From: an uncultured beta proteobacterium
Lineage (GTDB): Bacteria > Pseudomonadota > Gammaproteobacteria > Burkholderiales > Burkholderiaceae_C
Direction of reading: 5' to 3'
NCBI GenBank assembly: GCA_963738425.1
Contig: CAVTWT010000022.1
Span: 2,680 to 66,679 of the forward strand
Length of the DNA stretch: 64,000 nt
Under the pieces are notes generated by a model. That model ran no database searches. It saw only the letters and a list, made by a program, of their open reading frames with translations, and had not been told where the DNA came from. The stretch's first letter is position 1. Each line of letters starts with the position of its first letter. The position numbers were made by a program, and so were the translations under genes. Below are positions 10,539 to 20,014 of the stretch, piece after piece.

Positions 10539-11042
10539 CTACTTGCCGGCGTTGAGCGCGTCGATCACCTTCTTGGTGATGTCAACCCGCGCGCTCCAGT
10601 GCACAGCGTCCTGCACGATCAGATCGTACTTTTCCTGATCGAAGATCTGCTTGATCACCTTGTTGGCACGCTCAAGCACGGCGGACAGCTCTTCGTTCTT
10701 GCGCGTGTTCAGGTCTTCCTGGAACTCGCGGCGTTTGCGCTGGAACTCACGGTCCTGCTCCACAAGATCGCGCTGGCGGCGGCTGCGTTCAGTCTCGGAC
10801 AGCGTTGGCGCATCCTTTTCCAGCTTGTCGGCTGCTGTCTTCAGGCGGGCACCGAGATCGGTCAGATCTTTCTCGCGCTTGCTGAACTCGGCTTCGAGCT
10901 TGGCCTGCGCCGCCTTGGCGGGCACGGCTTCGCGCATCACGCGCTCGCTGTTCACATAGCCGATCTTCAGCTCCTGGGCCTGCGCCAGCGTGGCCGCGGC
11001 GCCGAGGGCCACCATCGCGGCCAGGGTCTTCCACGTGTTCAT
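10539..11042 (-). CDS. skp: periplasmic chaperone Skp (OmpH)
   Basis: 167 aa with a signal peptide and a coiled-coil K/E/R-rich body. It lies immediately downstream of bamA. Confidence 0.9.
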   Translation of the reverse strand: MNTWKTLAAMVALGAAATLAQAQELKIGYVNSERVMREAVPAKAAQAKLEAEFSKREKDLTDLGARLKTAADKLEKDAPTLSETERSRRQRDLVEQDREFQRKRREFQEDLNTRKNEELSAVLERANKVIKQIFDQEKYDLIVQDAVHWSARVDITKKVIDALNAGK

Positions 11043-13342
11043 CAGAATGCGGTGCCGATCTGGAATTGGAACTTTTCGATTCTATCTTTCGGGTCACTCT
11101 TGATCGGGGTGCCCCAGGACAGCTTGAGCGGCCCTACGGGCGAGACCCAGGACAGGCCGATGCCGACCGAGGCGCGCAGGCTGTCGGCCTTGATCTTTTC
11201 GCTTTCGCCCCAGACGTTGCCGGCATCCATGAAGCCGAACAGGCGCAGCGTCTTGTCGTTGCCGCTGCCCGGCACCGGCACATAGAGTTCACCGTTGAGG
11301 TTGAACTTGCGGTTGCCGCCAATGTAGTTGTTGGTCACGTCAACGGTGCCGAGCGAGCCCTGCTGGAACACACGCACCGAGCCCAAGCCACCACCGTAGA
11401 AGTTCTTGAAGATCGGGTATGGCTTGTCGCCCAATCCTTTGCCCCAGCCCAGTTCGGCATTGAGGCCCAAGGTAAAGCGGCTGGTCAGCGGGAAGTACTC
11501 CTGATACTGCAGGTTGGTGCGCAGGTACTTGACGTCGCCCGCCACCGACCATTCGAAATTGGCACGCTGGTAGCGGCCCCGCGTCGGCGCCAGCAGGCTG
11601 TCGCGCTGATCGCGTGCCCAGCCGATCGTCAGCGGCAGCGCCGTGCTGTTGGCGCCGTAGAGTTCGCGATAGTCCTTGTAGCTCTTGTTCGTGACCACGC
11701 CAGAGATGCGGGTCTGCTCGAAGCCGATGCCGAAGAACACCGTGTCGAAATCGGAGAACGGCACGCCGAAGCGGATCGCGGCGCCGGGCGTCACAAGTTT
11801 GTATTCCTCGCCGCGGCTGTTGATCGGCTTGTTGGTGCGATAGAAGATGTCGATGGCGCGCGAAATGCCATCGACCGTGAAGTACGGGTCAACCGTGGAC
11901 AGCACGAGGTTGCGGTTCGACTGGCTGGTATTGACCTCGATCCCGAGGTAATTGCCCGAGCCGAAGACGTTCTCCTGCTTGATCGACGCCGTGAACGACA
12001 GCTTGTCGCTGGACGAATAGCCGGCGCCGACGAGCAGGTTGCCGGTGGGCTTCTCGACCACCTTCAGCGTCAGGTCGACCTGATCTGAGGTGTTGGGCAC
12101 TTCGTCGGTCTGGACGTCCACTTCCTTGAAGAAGCCCAGGCGATCGACCCGGTCGCGCGAGAGCTTGATGCGCTCGCCGTCGTACCAGGCCGACTCGAGC
12201 TGGCGGAATTCGCGGCGCACGACCTCGTCACGCGTGCGGTCGTTGCCGGCGACGTTGATGCGGCGCACATAGACACGGCGCTGAGGGTCGGCGCTCAGCA
12301 CCACGACCACCTGCCCAGCAGCGCGGTCAATCTCGGGCCGTGCGTCGGTGCGTGCGAAGGCATAGCCGAACTGGCCGAAGAGGTCGGCAAAGGCCTTGGA
12401 CGTGGCAGCCACGTCGGCGCTGCGGTACGGGTCACCCGGCTTGATGCGCACCTGCCGCTTGAAGTCATCGTCACGGCCGAGGTAGTCGCCCTCGAGGCGC
12501 ACCGCAGTCACCGTGTAGGGTTGGCCCTCCCGTACCGAGATCGTGATGCCGATGTCCTGCTTGTCGGGCGAGATCGTGACCTGCGTTGATTCAACGTCGA
12601 ATTCGAGATAGCCCCGGTTCGTGTAGTAGGCGCGGATCGTTTCCAAGTCGGCGTTGAGTTCACTGCGGGAATAGCGGTCGGTCTTGGTGTACCAGGTCAG
12701 CCAGCCACCGGTCGTGCGGCCCATCAGCCCGAGCAGCGTGCTTTCCGAGAAAGCCTTGTTGCCGACGATGCGGATCTCGCGGATCTTGGCCGACTCGCCC
12801 TCGTTCATCGTGAAGACCACGTTGACTCGATTGCGCTCCAGCGGCGTGATCGTTGTCGTCACCTCGGCGCCATACAGGCTCTTGGTGAGGTACTGGCGCT
12901 TGATCTCCTGCTCGGCGCGGTCAACCAGCGCACGGTCGAATGGCAGGCCCTCGCCGATCCCGGAGTCCTTGAGTGCCTTGGAGAGCGTGTCGGTGTCGAA
13001 CTCTTTCAGGCCGACGAAGCTCACGTTGGCGATGATCGAACGTTCTTCGACGATCACGACCACGACCTTGCCGTCGATCTCGATGCGCACGTCCTTGAAC
13101 AGGCCGGTGGCGAACAGCGCGCGCAACGCCGCGGCGCCCTTCTCGTCACTGTAGGTGTCACTGGCCCGAAACGGCAGCGAAGCGAAGACGGTGCCCGGGT
13201 CGGTGCGCTGCAGGCCCTCGACGCGGATGTCTTCGATGGCAAACGGTTCGGCCGCATGAACGTGGGGCGCGGCGACCGCGGCGGCGATCAGCACGCAGGC
13301 CGCAATGGGGCGCAGCGAAAAGGGAGCGGGATGGAAGTGCAT
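11042..13342 (-). CDS. bamA: outer membrane protein assembly factor BamA
   Basis: 766 aa with a signal peptide, POTRA repeats and a C-terminal beta-barrel ending ...FQFQIGTAF. Confidence 0.96.
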   Translation of the reverse strand: MHFHPAPFSLRPIAACVLIAAAVAAPHVHAAEPFAIEDIRVEGLQRTDPGTVFASLPFRASDTYSDEKGAAALRALFATGLFKDVRIEIDGKVVVVIVEERSIIANVSFVGLKEFDTDTLSKALKDSGIGEGLPFDRALVDRAEQEIKRQYLTKSLYGAEVTTTITPLERNRVNVVFTMNEGESAKIREIRIVGNKAFSESTLLGLMGRTTGGWLTWYTKTDRYSRSELNADLETIRAYYTNRGYLEFDVESTQVTISPDKQDIGITISVREGQPYTVTAVRLEGDYLGRDDDFKRQVRIKPGDPYRSADVAATSKAFADLFGQFGYAFARTDARPEIDRAAGQVVVVLSADPQRRVYVRRINVAGNDRTRDEVVRREFRQLESAWYDGERIKLSRDRVDRLGFFKEVDVQTDEVPNTSDQVDLTLKVVEKPTGNLLVGAGYSSSDKLSFTASIKQENVFGSGNYLGIEVNTSQSNRNLVLSTVDPYFTVDGISRAIDIFYRTNKPINSRGEEYKLVTPGAAIRFGVPFSDFDTVFFGIGFEQTRISGVVTNKSYKDYRELYGANSTALPLTIGWARDQRDSLLAPTRGRYQRANFEWSVAGDVKYLRTNLQYQEYFPLTSRFTLGLNAELGWGKGLGDKPYPIFKNFYGGGLGSVRVFQQGSLGTVDVTNNYIGGNRKFNLNGELYVPVPGSGNDKTLRLFGFMDAGNVWGESEKIKADSLRASVGIGLSWVSPVGPLKLSWGTPIKSDPKDRIEKFQFQIGTAF

Positions 13343-13368
13343 CGAGGGCTAGTGGCGCAGCAGCAGCG

Positions 13369-14736
13369 TTACTGCAAACCCAGTCGGGGCGCGAGATCGT
13401 TGTAGAAGGCAAGGGTCATCATCATCAGCAACACCGCAGCACCGGCACGCTGGAGCCAGACCAGCCACGCATCGGGCACGGGCCGGCCCGTCAAACCCTC
13501 GAAAAGATAATACATGAGGTGTCCGCCATCGAGCATCGGCACCGGCATCAGGTTGATGACGCCCAAGCCGACGCTGACCAGCGCCAGGAAGCCGATGTAG
13601 TAGGCCAGTCCACGCTCGACGGACTGGCCTGCATAGTCGGCGATCGTGATCGGGCCGGAGATGTTCTTCAGCGATGCCTCGCCGATCAGCATGCGGCCGA
13701 ACATCTTGACCGTGAGCACCGATTGTTCCCAGGTCAGCGAAGCGCCGCGCACCAGGCCATCCCAGACGCCGGTGCGCACGGTCACCGCCTCGGGCACCTT
13801 GCCCACCACTGCATCGATGCGGCCGAAGCGCTGGCCGTTCTCATTCATCACCCGTGGCTGCACCGTCAATTCCAGCTGCGTGTTGACCCGCTGCACAGTC
13901 CACAGCATCGGCTTGGCGTTGCCATCGGCGGCGAGCTTGCGAATGCGCGTGCGCAGTTGATGGGCGTCGCCAACAGGTTGCCCATCGACGCGCAGCACCA
14001 CGTCGCCGCTCTTCAAGCCGGCCTTGTCCGCAGGGCCGTCACGCACCGGGTCACCCATCACCGGCGGTGAATACGGCGGTGACAGGCCCACCACCTGCGT
14101 CAGGAACTTGCCATCGACTTCGCGCTTCTCGGCGCTGTCGAGTGCCAACGTCAGCTGGCGCGCGCCGCGGCCCGATGCGTCGCTGACTTCGAGGCGCAGC
14201 GGCTCGCCGTCGAGGGCGGCCTGCATGATCTGCCAGCGCAGGTCGGTCATCGACCGGATGTCTTTGGCTTCTTCGCCGCCGTCGCGGCTCCAGCGCTGCA
14301 CCCAATCGCCCGAGCGCAACCCGGCGCGCTCGGCGAGGCTGCCCGCCACCGGGGCCGACAACACGGCCTTGGGCTCTTCGATGCCGATCCAGTTCTGCGC
14401 CGCATAGAGCAGCATCGCCAGGATCAGGTTCGCGGCAGGGCCGGCGGCAACGATCGCGGCACGCTGCTTCAGTGACTTGCGGTTGAAGGCCTGATCGAGC
14501 TCGGCCGGCGGCACGGCTTCTTCGCGCTCGTCGAGCATCTTCACGTAGCCGCCGAGCGGCAATGCCGCAACAACGAACTCGGTGTCGCCGTGCTGGCGCC
14601 GCCACAGCGTGCGGCCAAAGCCGACCGAGAAGCGCAGCACCTTGACGCCGCACAGGCGAGCCACCTTGTAGTGACCCCACTCATGGACCACGATGAGGAT
14701 CGCCAGCGTAACGATGAAGGCGAGGATGGTGGTCAT
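13369..14736 (-). CDS. rseP: RIP zinc metalloprotease RseP
   Basis: 455 aa with HEWGHY (HExxH) at the N-terminus, PDZ domains, and the ...NLMPVPMLDGGH... motif. Confidence 0.95.
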   Translation of the reverse strand: MTTILAFIVTLAILIVVHEWGHYKVARLCGVKVLRFSVGFGRTLWRRQHGDTEFVVAALPLGGYVKMLDEREEAVPPAELDQAFNRKSLKQRAAIVAAGPAANLILAMLLYAAQNWIGIEEPKAVLSAPVAGSLAERAGLRSGDWVQRWSRDGGEEAKDIRSMTDLRWQIMQAALDGEPLRLEVSDASGRGARQLTLALDSAEKREVDGKFLTQVVGLSPPYSPPVMGDPVRDGPADKAGLKSGDVVLRVDGQPVGDAHQLRTRIRKLAADGNAKPMLWTVQRVNTQLELTVQPRVMNENGQRFGRIDAVVGKVPEAVTVRTGVWDGLVRGASLTWEQSVLTVKMFGRMLIGEASLKNISGPITIADYAGQSVERGLAYYIGFLALVSVGLGVINLMPVPMLDGGHLMYYLFEGLTGRPVPDAWLVWLQRAGAAVLLMMMTLAFYNDLAPRLGLQ

Positions 14737-14811
14737 GTCAGTGTCGCCCGGCCGCCCGAAGACACTGACGCTCCCCTCGGGGGAAGCGAGCGAAGTGAGC
14801 CAGGGGTCGTT
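14737..14811. repeat. structured REP-like intergenic repeat, copy B
   Basis: gtcagtgtcgcccggccgcccgaagacactgacgctCCCCTCGGGGGaagcgagCGAAGTGAGCcaggggtcgttt. It fills the whole rseP-dxr spacer. Confidence 0.85.
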
Positions 14812-16002
14812 TCATCTCAATCGTGCGATGGTGCCGCGCGCTGTTGCGCGCGCCCGTTCATCGAGCGCCAGAAGATCGGCAATCGTTGCGCTGTCTGCGG
14901 CAGCCGGCAACAGGGCGCCGATGGTCTGCTCGTTGACGCGGTGGATGTCGGTGAACGCAATAGCACCGTCCAAGAACGCCGCCACCGCGATTTCGTTGGC
15001 AGCGTTGAGCACCGTCGTGCTGCCTTCGGGCGCCTCCAGGGCGTCCCAGGCCAGGTAAAGACCGGGAAATCGCGTGCGATCGGCCGGCTCGAACGACAAG
15101 CCCTGCAGGGTGGCGAAGTCGAGCTGCGACGCGCCCGATTCGATGCGCTCCGGAAACGCCAGGCCGTAGGCGATCGGCACGCGCATGTCGGGTGTGCCGA
15201 GCTGCGCCAGCACCGAGTTGTCGCGGCAGACCACCATCGAGTGGATCACGCTTTGCGGATGAATCACCACGCGAACCTGCTCGGGTGCAAGGTCGAACAA
15301 CCAGCGCGCTTCGATGACCTCGAGCGCCTTGTTCATCATCGTTGCCGAGTCGACCGAGATCTTGCGGCCCATGACCCAGTTCGGGTGAGCCACGGCCTCA
15401 TCCGGCGTCACGTCGTGCAGGCTGTCGGGTGCGCGGTTGCGAAACGGTCCGCCCGAGGCGGTGAGCACGATGTGGTCGATGCGGGCTGGCCAGGCGCTGC
15501 GGTCTTCTGGCAAGCACTGGAAGATCGCCGAGTGTTCGCTGTCGATCGGCAGCAACGTGGCGCCACCGTCGCGCACCGCGTTCATGAACAGGCGGCCGCC
15601 GACGACGAGCGCTTCCTTGTTGGCGAGCAGCAGGCGCTTGCCGGCTTGAGCCGCAGCGACGCAGGCTTCGAGACCGGCCGCTCCGACGATGGCCGCCATG
15701 ACGGTGCTCACCTCGGGATGCGATGCGATCTCGGTCAATGCGCGCGGGCCGCTCATCACCTCGGTGGCCGCGCCTTGCGCACGCAAGCGCTGCTGCAGCG
15801 CGTTGGCCGCCGCCGCGTCACCGAGCACCGCGTAGCGTGGCTTCCAGCGCAGACATTGCTGCTCGAGCACATCGGCACGGCGCATCGCGGTCAGCGCAAA
15901 GATCTCGAAGCGTTCGGGATGGCGGGCAACAACGTCGAGGGTGTTGATGCCCACGGAGCCTGTAGCACCGAGAACGGCCAGCCTCTGTTTTTGGAACGTC
16001 AT
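14812..16002 (-). CDS. dxr: 1-deoxy-D-xylulose 5-phosphate reductoisomerase
   Basis: ATG at 16002 gives MTFQKQRLAVLGATGSVGINTLDVV... (396 aa). An ATGA overlap joins it to the cdsA stop. The 651-aa ORF-track version runs on through cdsA in another frame. Confidence 0.95.
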   Translation of the reverse strand: MTFQKQRLAVLGATGSVGINTLDVVARHPERFEIFALTAMRRADVLEQQCLRWKPRYAVLGDAAAANALQQRLRAQGAATEVMSGPRALTEIASHPEVSTVMAAIVGAAGLEACVAAAQAGKRLLLANKEALVVGGRLFMNAVRDGGATLLPIDSEHSAIFQCLPEDRSAWPARIDHIVLTASGGPFRNRAPDSLHDVTPDEAVAHPNWVMGRKISVDSATMMNKALEVIEARWLFDLAPEQVRVVIHPQSVIHSMVVCRDNSVLAQLGTPDMRVPIAYGLAFPERIESGASQLDFATLQGLSFEPADRTRFPGLYLAWDALEAPEGSTTVLNAANEIAVAAFLDGAIAFTDIHRVNEQTIGALLPAAADSATIADLLALDERARATARGTIARLR

Positions 16003-16841
16003 GTCAGCGAACTCAATGCCATCGCCGCCGGTAACACCGGCATCAAGGCATCGATGCGATCGAGCACGCCACCGTGGCCCGGCAGCAGACGGCTCGAGTC
16101 CTTGGCACCGGCGGCGCGTTTGACCAGCGACTCGAACAGATCGCCGACCACGCTCAATCCTGCCAGCGCCGCACTGCCCGCAAACATGCCGATCCAGCCG
16201 AACTCGCCGCGCAGGCGCGTGAACAGGCTGGGTGCATCGACCGGCAACGAGCGATCCACCCAGAGCGTCCAGGCCACAGCCAGCAGCATCACACCAAGGA
16301 GACCACCGTAGACGCCCTCCCAGGACTTTCCCGGGCTGATCGACGGCGCGAGCTTGTTCTTGCCGAACGCACGCCCCGCGGCATACGCGCCCACGTCGGC
16401 CATCCAGACGATGCACAGCACCGACAGCACGAAGTTGATCGACACCACGCGCGCTTGTGCCAAAGCCAGCCAGCCTACCCAGAGCAGGATCAGGCCAACG
16501 AGCAATCGCAGCAGCGCCGGCCAGCGCGGCCAGGCACTCGGGCCACCACTCAGCACGAACACGCTGCCGACCACCCACAGCAACAGCGTGGCCCACCACC
16601 ACGTCGCCGCCATACCGCCCACCGCTCCCGTGTACACCGCCCAGGCACCCGCCAGTGCCAGCAGCGCGCCAGGCCCGACGGCGGCGATGCTGCTGACACC
16701 GTTGAGCCGCGCCCACTCCCAGGCCGCAGCAGCAATGAGCACCAGCGAGACGATGGCGAATGGCCAAGGTGTCGATGCAAACACAGCAGGCAGCAGAAAA
16801 GCCAGCAGCACTAAGGCGGTGATGATGCGCGTTCGAAGCAT
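15999..16841 (-). CDS. cdsA: phosphatidate cytidylyltransferase
   Basis: Multi-pass membrane protein with the C-terminal motif ...KRAAGAKDSSRLLPGHGGVLDRIDAL... The start is taken at ATG 16841 (MLRTRIITALVLL...), just after repeat copy D. Confidence 0.92.
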   Translation of the reverse strand: MLRTRIITALVLLAFLLPAVFASTPWPFAIVSLVLIAAAAWEWARLNGVSSIAAVGPGALLALAGAWAVYTGAVGGMAATWWWATLLLWVVGSVFVLSGGPSAWPRWPALLRLLVGLILLWVGWLALAQARVVSINFVLSVLCIVWMADVGAYAAGRAFGKNKLAPSISPGKSWEGVYGGLLGVMLLAVAWTLWVDRSLPVDAPSLFTRLRGEFGWIGMFAGSAALAGLSVVGDLFESLVKRAAGAKDSSRLLPGHGGVLDRIDALMPVLPAAMALSSLT

Positions 16842-16915
16842 CAGGCGAGCGCCGGGCCGCCCCAAGCGGCCTCTGCTCCCCACGGGGGACGCGAGCAAAG
16901 CGAGCTAGGGGCCAT
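16842..16915. repeat. structured REP-like intergenic repeat, copy D (diverged)
   Basis: caggcgagcgccgggccgccccaagcggcctctgctCCCCacGGGGGacgcgagCAAAGCGAGCtaggggcc, in the cdsA-uppS spacer. The module order matches copies A-C. Confidence 0.7.
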
Positions 16916-16924
16916 AAATCCTCG

Positions 16925-17659
16925 TCAGGCGGTCGCTGCCTGTGCCGTGGCTACGTCAGGCAGCCTTCCGCCATAGCGCCGCTCGCGCTCTCGATAGCTC
17001 GCAATCGCCGCGTCGATCTGTTCGGCGCCGAAGTCGGGCCACAGGCACTCGGTGAAGTACAGCTCCGAGTACGCCACCTGCCAGAGCAGAAAGTTGCTGA
17101 TGCGCACCTCGCCGCCGGTGCGGATGAACAAGTCGGGATCGGGCGCGAAATGCATCGCCATGCGCTTGGACAGGGCGTCTTCGTCGAGGTCTTGAGCGCG
17201 AATGCCGTCGGCCATCGCACGGCGTGTCGCTTGCACGATGTCCCAGCGGCCACCGTAGTTGAAGGCCACCGACAGCGTGATGCGCTGGTTGTGCGCGGTC
17301 ACGCCCTCGGCATGATCCCAGGCCTCGCGCACCTTGTCGGAGACGGCGCTGCGGTCGCCGACGATGCGGATGCGCACGCCTTCATCGGCGAGCTTGGTCA
17401 GGTACTTGGACACGGCGACGAGCACCAGGCCCATCAGGCCCGAGACCTCGTCGCTCGACCGCTTCCAGTTCTCCGACGAGAACGCGAACACCGTCATGAA
17501 CTCGATGCCGCGGTCGGCACAGGCGCGCACCGTGCGCACCAACGCATCGACGCCCTGCTTGTGGCCAAAGAAGCGCGGCATGAAGCGCTTTTTCGCCCAA
17601 CGGCCGTTGCCGTCCATGACGATGGCCACATGGCGTGGCACGTTGGGGTCGCGTTGCAC
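16925..17659 (-). CDS. uppS: undecaprenyl diphosphate synthase (isoprenyl transferase)
   Basis: 244 aa with a GTG start. The motifs ...HVAIVMDGNGRWA... and ...RTGGEVRISNFLLWQVAYSELYF... are present. Confidence 0.95.
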   Translation of the reverse strand: MQRDPNVPRHVAIVMDGNGRWAKKRFMPRFFGHKQGVDALVRTVRACADRGIEFMTVFAFSSENWKRSSDEVSGLMGLVLVAVSKYLTKLADEGVRIRIVGDRSAVSDKVREAWDHAEGVTAHNQRITLSVAFNYGGRWDIVQATRRAMADGIRAQDLDEDALSKRMAMHFAPDPDLFIRTGGEVRISNFLLWQVAYSELYFTECLWPDFGAEQIDAAIASYRERERRYGGRLPDVATAQAATA

Positions 17660-17691
17660 GATGGCGGGAAGATGGAATCGCAGCGGGCCGG

Positions 17692-18254
17692 TCAGACCGC
17701 CAGGATCTCGGTTTCCTTGGCTTGAACCAAGCGATCGATCTCTGCGACGACGTTGTTCGTCAGTTTCTGCACTTCATCCTGCGCGCGCCGCTCGTCGTCT
17801 TCGGTAACGTCCTTGTCTTTCAGCAGCTTCTTCAGATGCTCGTTGGCATCGCGACGCACATTGCGCACCGCCACCTTGCATTCTTCTCCCGCATGTTTGA
17901 CGACCTTGGTCAACTCCTTGCGGCGCTCTTCGGTCAGCGCCGGCATCGGGATGCGCAGCAAGTCGCCCTGCGCGCTCGGGTTCAGGCCGAGGCCGCTGTC
18001 GCGGATCGCTTTTTCAAGCTTCGGACCCATGCCCTTTTCCCATGGCTGCACGCTGATCGTGCGCGCGTCGAGCAGCGACTGAGGTTGGCGACCTGGCTGA
18101 TCGGCACCATCGAGCCGTAGTAGTCCACCTGCACCTGGTCGAGGATGCCCGGATGGGCGCGACCGGTGCGGATCTTGTGCAGCTCGTTCTTGAAGGCTTC
18201 GATGGACTTGCCCATCTTGGCTTCCGCATTTTTCCTGATGTCGGCGATCGTCAT
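17692..18254 (-). pseudogene. frr: ribosome recycling factor, reading frame interrupted by an apparent 2-nt insertion near 18076-18077
   Basis: The N-terminal part (ORF 17982..18254) and the C-terminal part (ORF 17692..18051) are both clearly RRF. The span is 563 nt (3n+2). The junction is AAC CTC AGT [CG] CTG CTC GAC. Confidence 0.9.
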
Positions 18255-18270
18255 GGTTTGTCTCCGCAGA

Positions 18271-18981
18271 CTACACGTGCACCAGGGTGCCTTCGTCCTC
18301 GCCCATCACGACGCGCTTCAGCGCGCCGGGCTTCATGATCGAAAACACCTTGATCGGCAGTTTCTGGTCGCGGCACAGCGCAAACGCTGTCGCGTCCATC
18401 ACCTGCAGATTCTTCGAAATCGCTTCGTCGAAACCGATCGTCGTGTAGCGCTTTGCGTCCGGCACCTTCTTCGGGTCGGCGGTGTAGACGCCATCGACCT
18501 TGGTCGCCTTCAACACGATCTCGGCGCCGATCTCGGCACCGCGCAACGCCGCCGCCGTATCGGTAGTGAAGAACGGGTTGCCGGTGCCGGCAGCGAAGAC
18601 GACGATCTTGCCCTCTTCGAGATACTGCAACGCCTTTGGCCGCACGTACGGCTCGACCACCTGCTCGATGGCGATGGCGCTCATCACGCGCGCCGTCATG
18701 CCTTCCTGGCGCATCGTGTCGGCCAAGGCCAGCGAGTTCATTACGGTCGCCAGCATGCCCATGTAGTCGGCCGTCGCGCGGTCCATGCCGACCGAGCCGC
18801 CGGCCACACCGCGGAAGATGTTGCCGCCGCCGATGACGACCGCCACTTCGACGCCGAGCGCCGTCACGTCGCGCACCTCGCGCACCAGGCGAACGATGGT
18901 CGCGCGGTTGATGCCGTAGGCGTCGTCGCCCATCAGCGCTTCACCGGAGAGCTTCAACAGGATGCGTTTGTAGGCCGGCAT
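18271..18981 (-). CDS. pyrH: UMP kinase
   Basis: 236 aa, [24 protein letters not shown]..., the typical PyrH. Confidence 0.97.
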   Translation of the reverse strand: MPAYKRILLKLSGEALMGDDAYGINRATIVRLVREVRDVTALGVEVAVVIGGGNIFRGVAGGSVGMDRATADYMGMLATVMNSLALADTMRQEGMTARVMSAIAIEQVVEPYVRPKALQYLEEGKIVVFAAGTGNPFFTTDTAAALRGAEIGAEIVLKATKVDGVYTADPKKVPDAKRYTTIGFDEAISKNLQVMDATAFALCRDQKLPIKVFSIMKPGALKRVVMGEDEGTLVHV

Positions 18982-19016
18982 GTGTCGAGCATGTTGTGGT
19001 TGTAATGTGGGAGTTT

Positions 19017-19042
19017 AAAGGGCCGCACGATGCGGCCCTTTT
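19017..19042 (-). terminator. hairpin between tsf and pyrH (gggccgca-nnn-tgcggccc)
   Basis: 8-bp GC stem 5 nt past the tsf stop, followed on the minus strand by TTTAAA. Probably a partial terminator or attenuator. Confidence 0.45.
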
Positions 19043-19046
19043 CTCT

Positions 19047-19943
19047 CTACTGGCCCTTGGCGGCGGCCACCTGAGCGGCCACCTCGGCCGCAAAGTCGTC
19101 GACCTTCTTCTCGATGCCCTCGCCGACCACGTACAGCGTGAACGCCTTGATGTCCGTGTTTGCAGCCTTGAGCATCTGCTCGACCGTCTGCTTTCCATCA
19201 GCCGCCTTGACGAAGACCTGGTTGAACAGGCTCACTTCCTTCAGGAACTTCTGCACCGAGCCTTCGACCATCTTGGCCACGATGTCGGCTGGCTTGCCGC
19301 TCTCTGCTGCCTTCTCTGTAGCGATCTTGCGCTCTTTGTCCACCAACTCAGCGGGCACGGCCGCCTGCGACAGCGCTGCCGGCTTCATCGCTGCAACATG
19401 CATCGCCACGTCCTTGGCGGCAACATCGCTGCCGTCGAACTCAACGACAACGCCGATGCGCGTGCCGTGCAGGTAATGCGCCAGCTTGCCGCCGCCGCTG
19501 TAGCGCTTGAAGCGGCGGATCGACATGTTCTCGCCGATCTTGCCGATCAGGCCCTTGCGCACGTCTTCGAGCGTCGGGCCGAAGCCGTCCTGGCTGTACG
19601 CCAGCGCCGACAAGGCGGCAATGTCAGCAGGATTGTGTTGCGCGATCAGCGACGCCGCCGCCTTGGTGAAGGCAAGGAACGATTCGTTCTTCGACACGAA
19701 GTCGGTTTCGCAGTTGACTTCGACCATCGCACCAGTCGTGCCGTCCACGGCCGCGGCGATCACGCCTTCAGCGGTGACGCGCGAAGCGGCCTTGCCGGCC
19801 TTGTTGCCGAGCTTGACGCGCAGGATCTCTTCCGCGCGCTCGGCGTCGCCTTCGGCTTCGGTCAGCGCCTTCTTGCATTCCATCATCGGCGCGTCGGTCT
19901 TGGCGCGCAGCTCGGCGACCATGCTGGCGGTGATTGCGGGCAT
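19047..19943 (-). CDS. tsf: translation elongation factor Ts
   Basis: 298 aa, [33 protein letters not shown]..., the canonical EF-Ts N-terminus. Confidence 0.97.
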   Translation of the reverse strand: MPAITASMVAELRAKTDAPMMECKKALTEAEGDAERAEEILRVKLGNKAGKAASRVTAEGVIAAAVDGTTGAMVEVNCETDFVSKNESFLAFTKAAASLIAQHNPADIAALSALAYSQDGFGPTLEDVRKGLIGKIGENMSIRRFKRYSGGGKLAHYLHGTRIGVVVEFDGSDVAAKDVAMHVAAMKPAALSQAAVPAELVDKERKIATEKAAESGKPADIVAKMVEGSVQKFLKEVSLFNQVFVKAADGKQTVEQMLKAANTDIKAFTLYVVGEGIEKKVDDFAAEVAAQVAAAKGQ

Positions 19944-19965
19944 TGTTTGGAACTCCTTGAAACTT

Positions 19966-19992
19966 GGAAAAAAGGGGCCGCGAAAGCCCCTT
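19966..19992 (-). terminator. rho-independent terminator/attenuator between rpsB and tsf
   Basis: The minus strand reads aaggggc-tttcgcg-gcccc followed by TTTTTT. Confidence 0.6.
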
Positions 19993-20014
19993 GCGTTCGG
20001 GTGCAGCGGGCGCG

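Noticed and set aside
16003-16767. N-terminal extension of dxr to 651 aa. There are similar extensions of fabZ (to 9728), rodZ (to 41766), sucB (to 56319), rpsF (to 1666), cdsA (to 16898) and ispG (to 40548).
   Set aside because: The extensions run through upstream genes in other frames or through the intergenic repeats. Conserved N-termini begin at internal ATGs that sit right at stop/start junctions.
18060-18090. Programmed ribosomal frameshift or translational recoding in frr, and likewise at the lpdA, acd and etfAB breaks
   Set aside because: There is no slippery heptamer, no conserved stimulatory pseudoknot, and no precedent known to me for these genes. The break sites have unrelated sequence contexts, and the shifts differ in size and sign.
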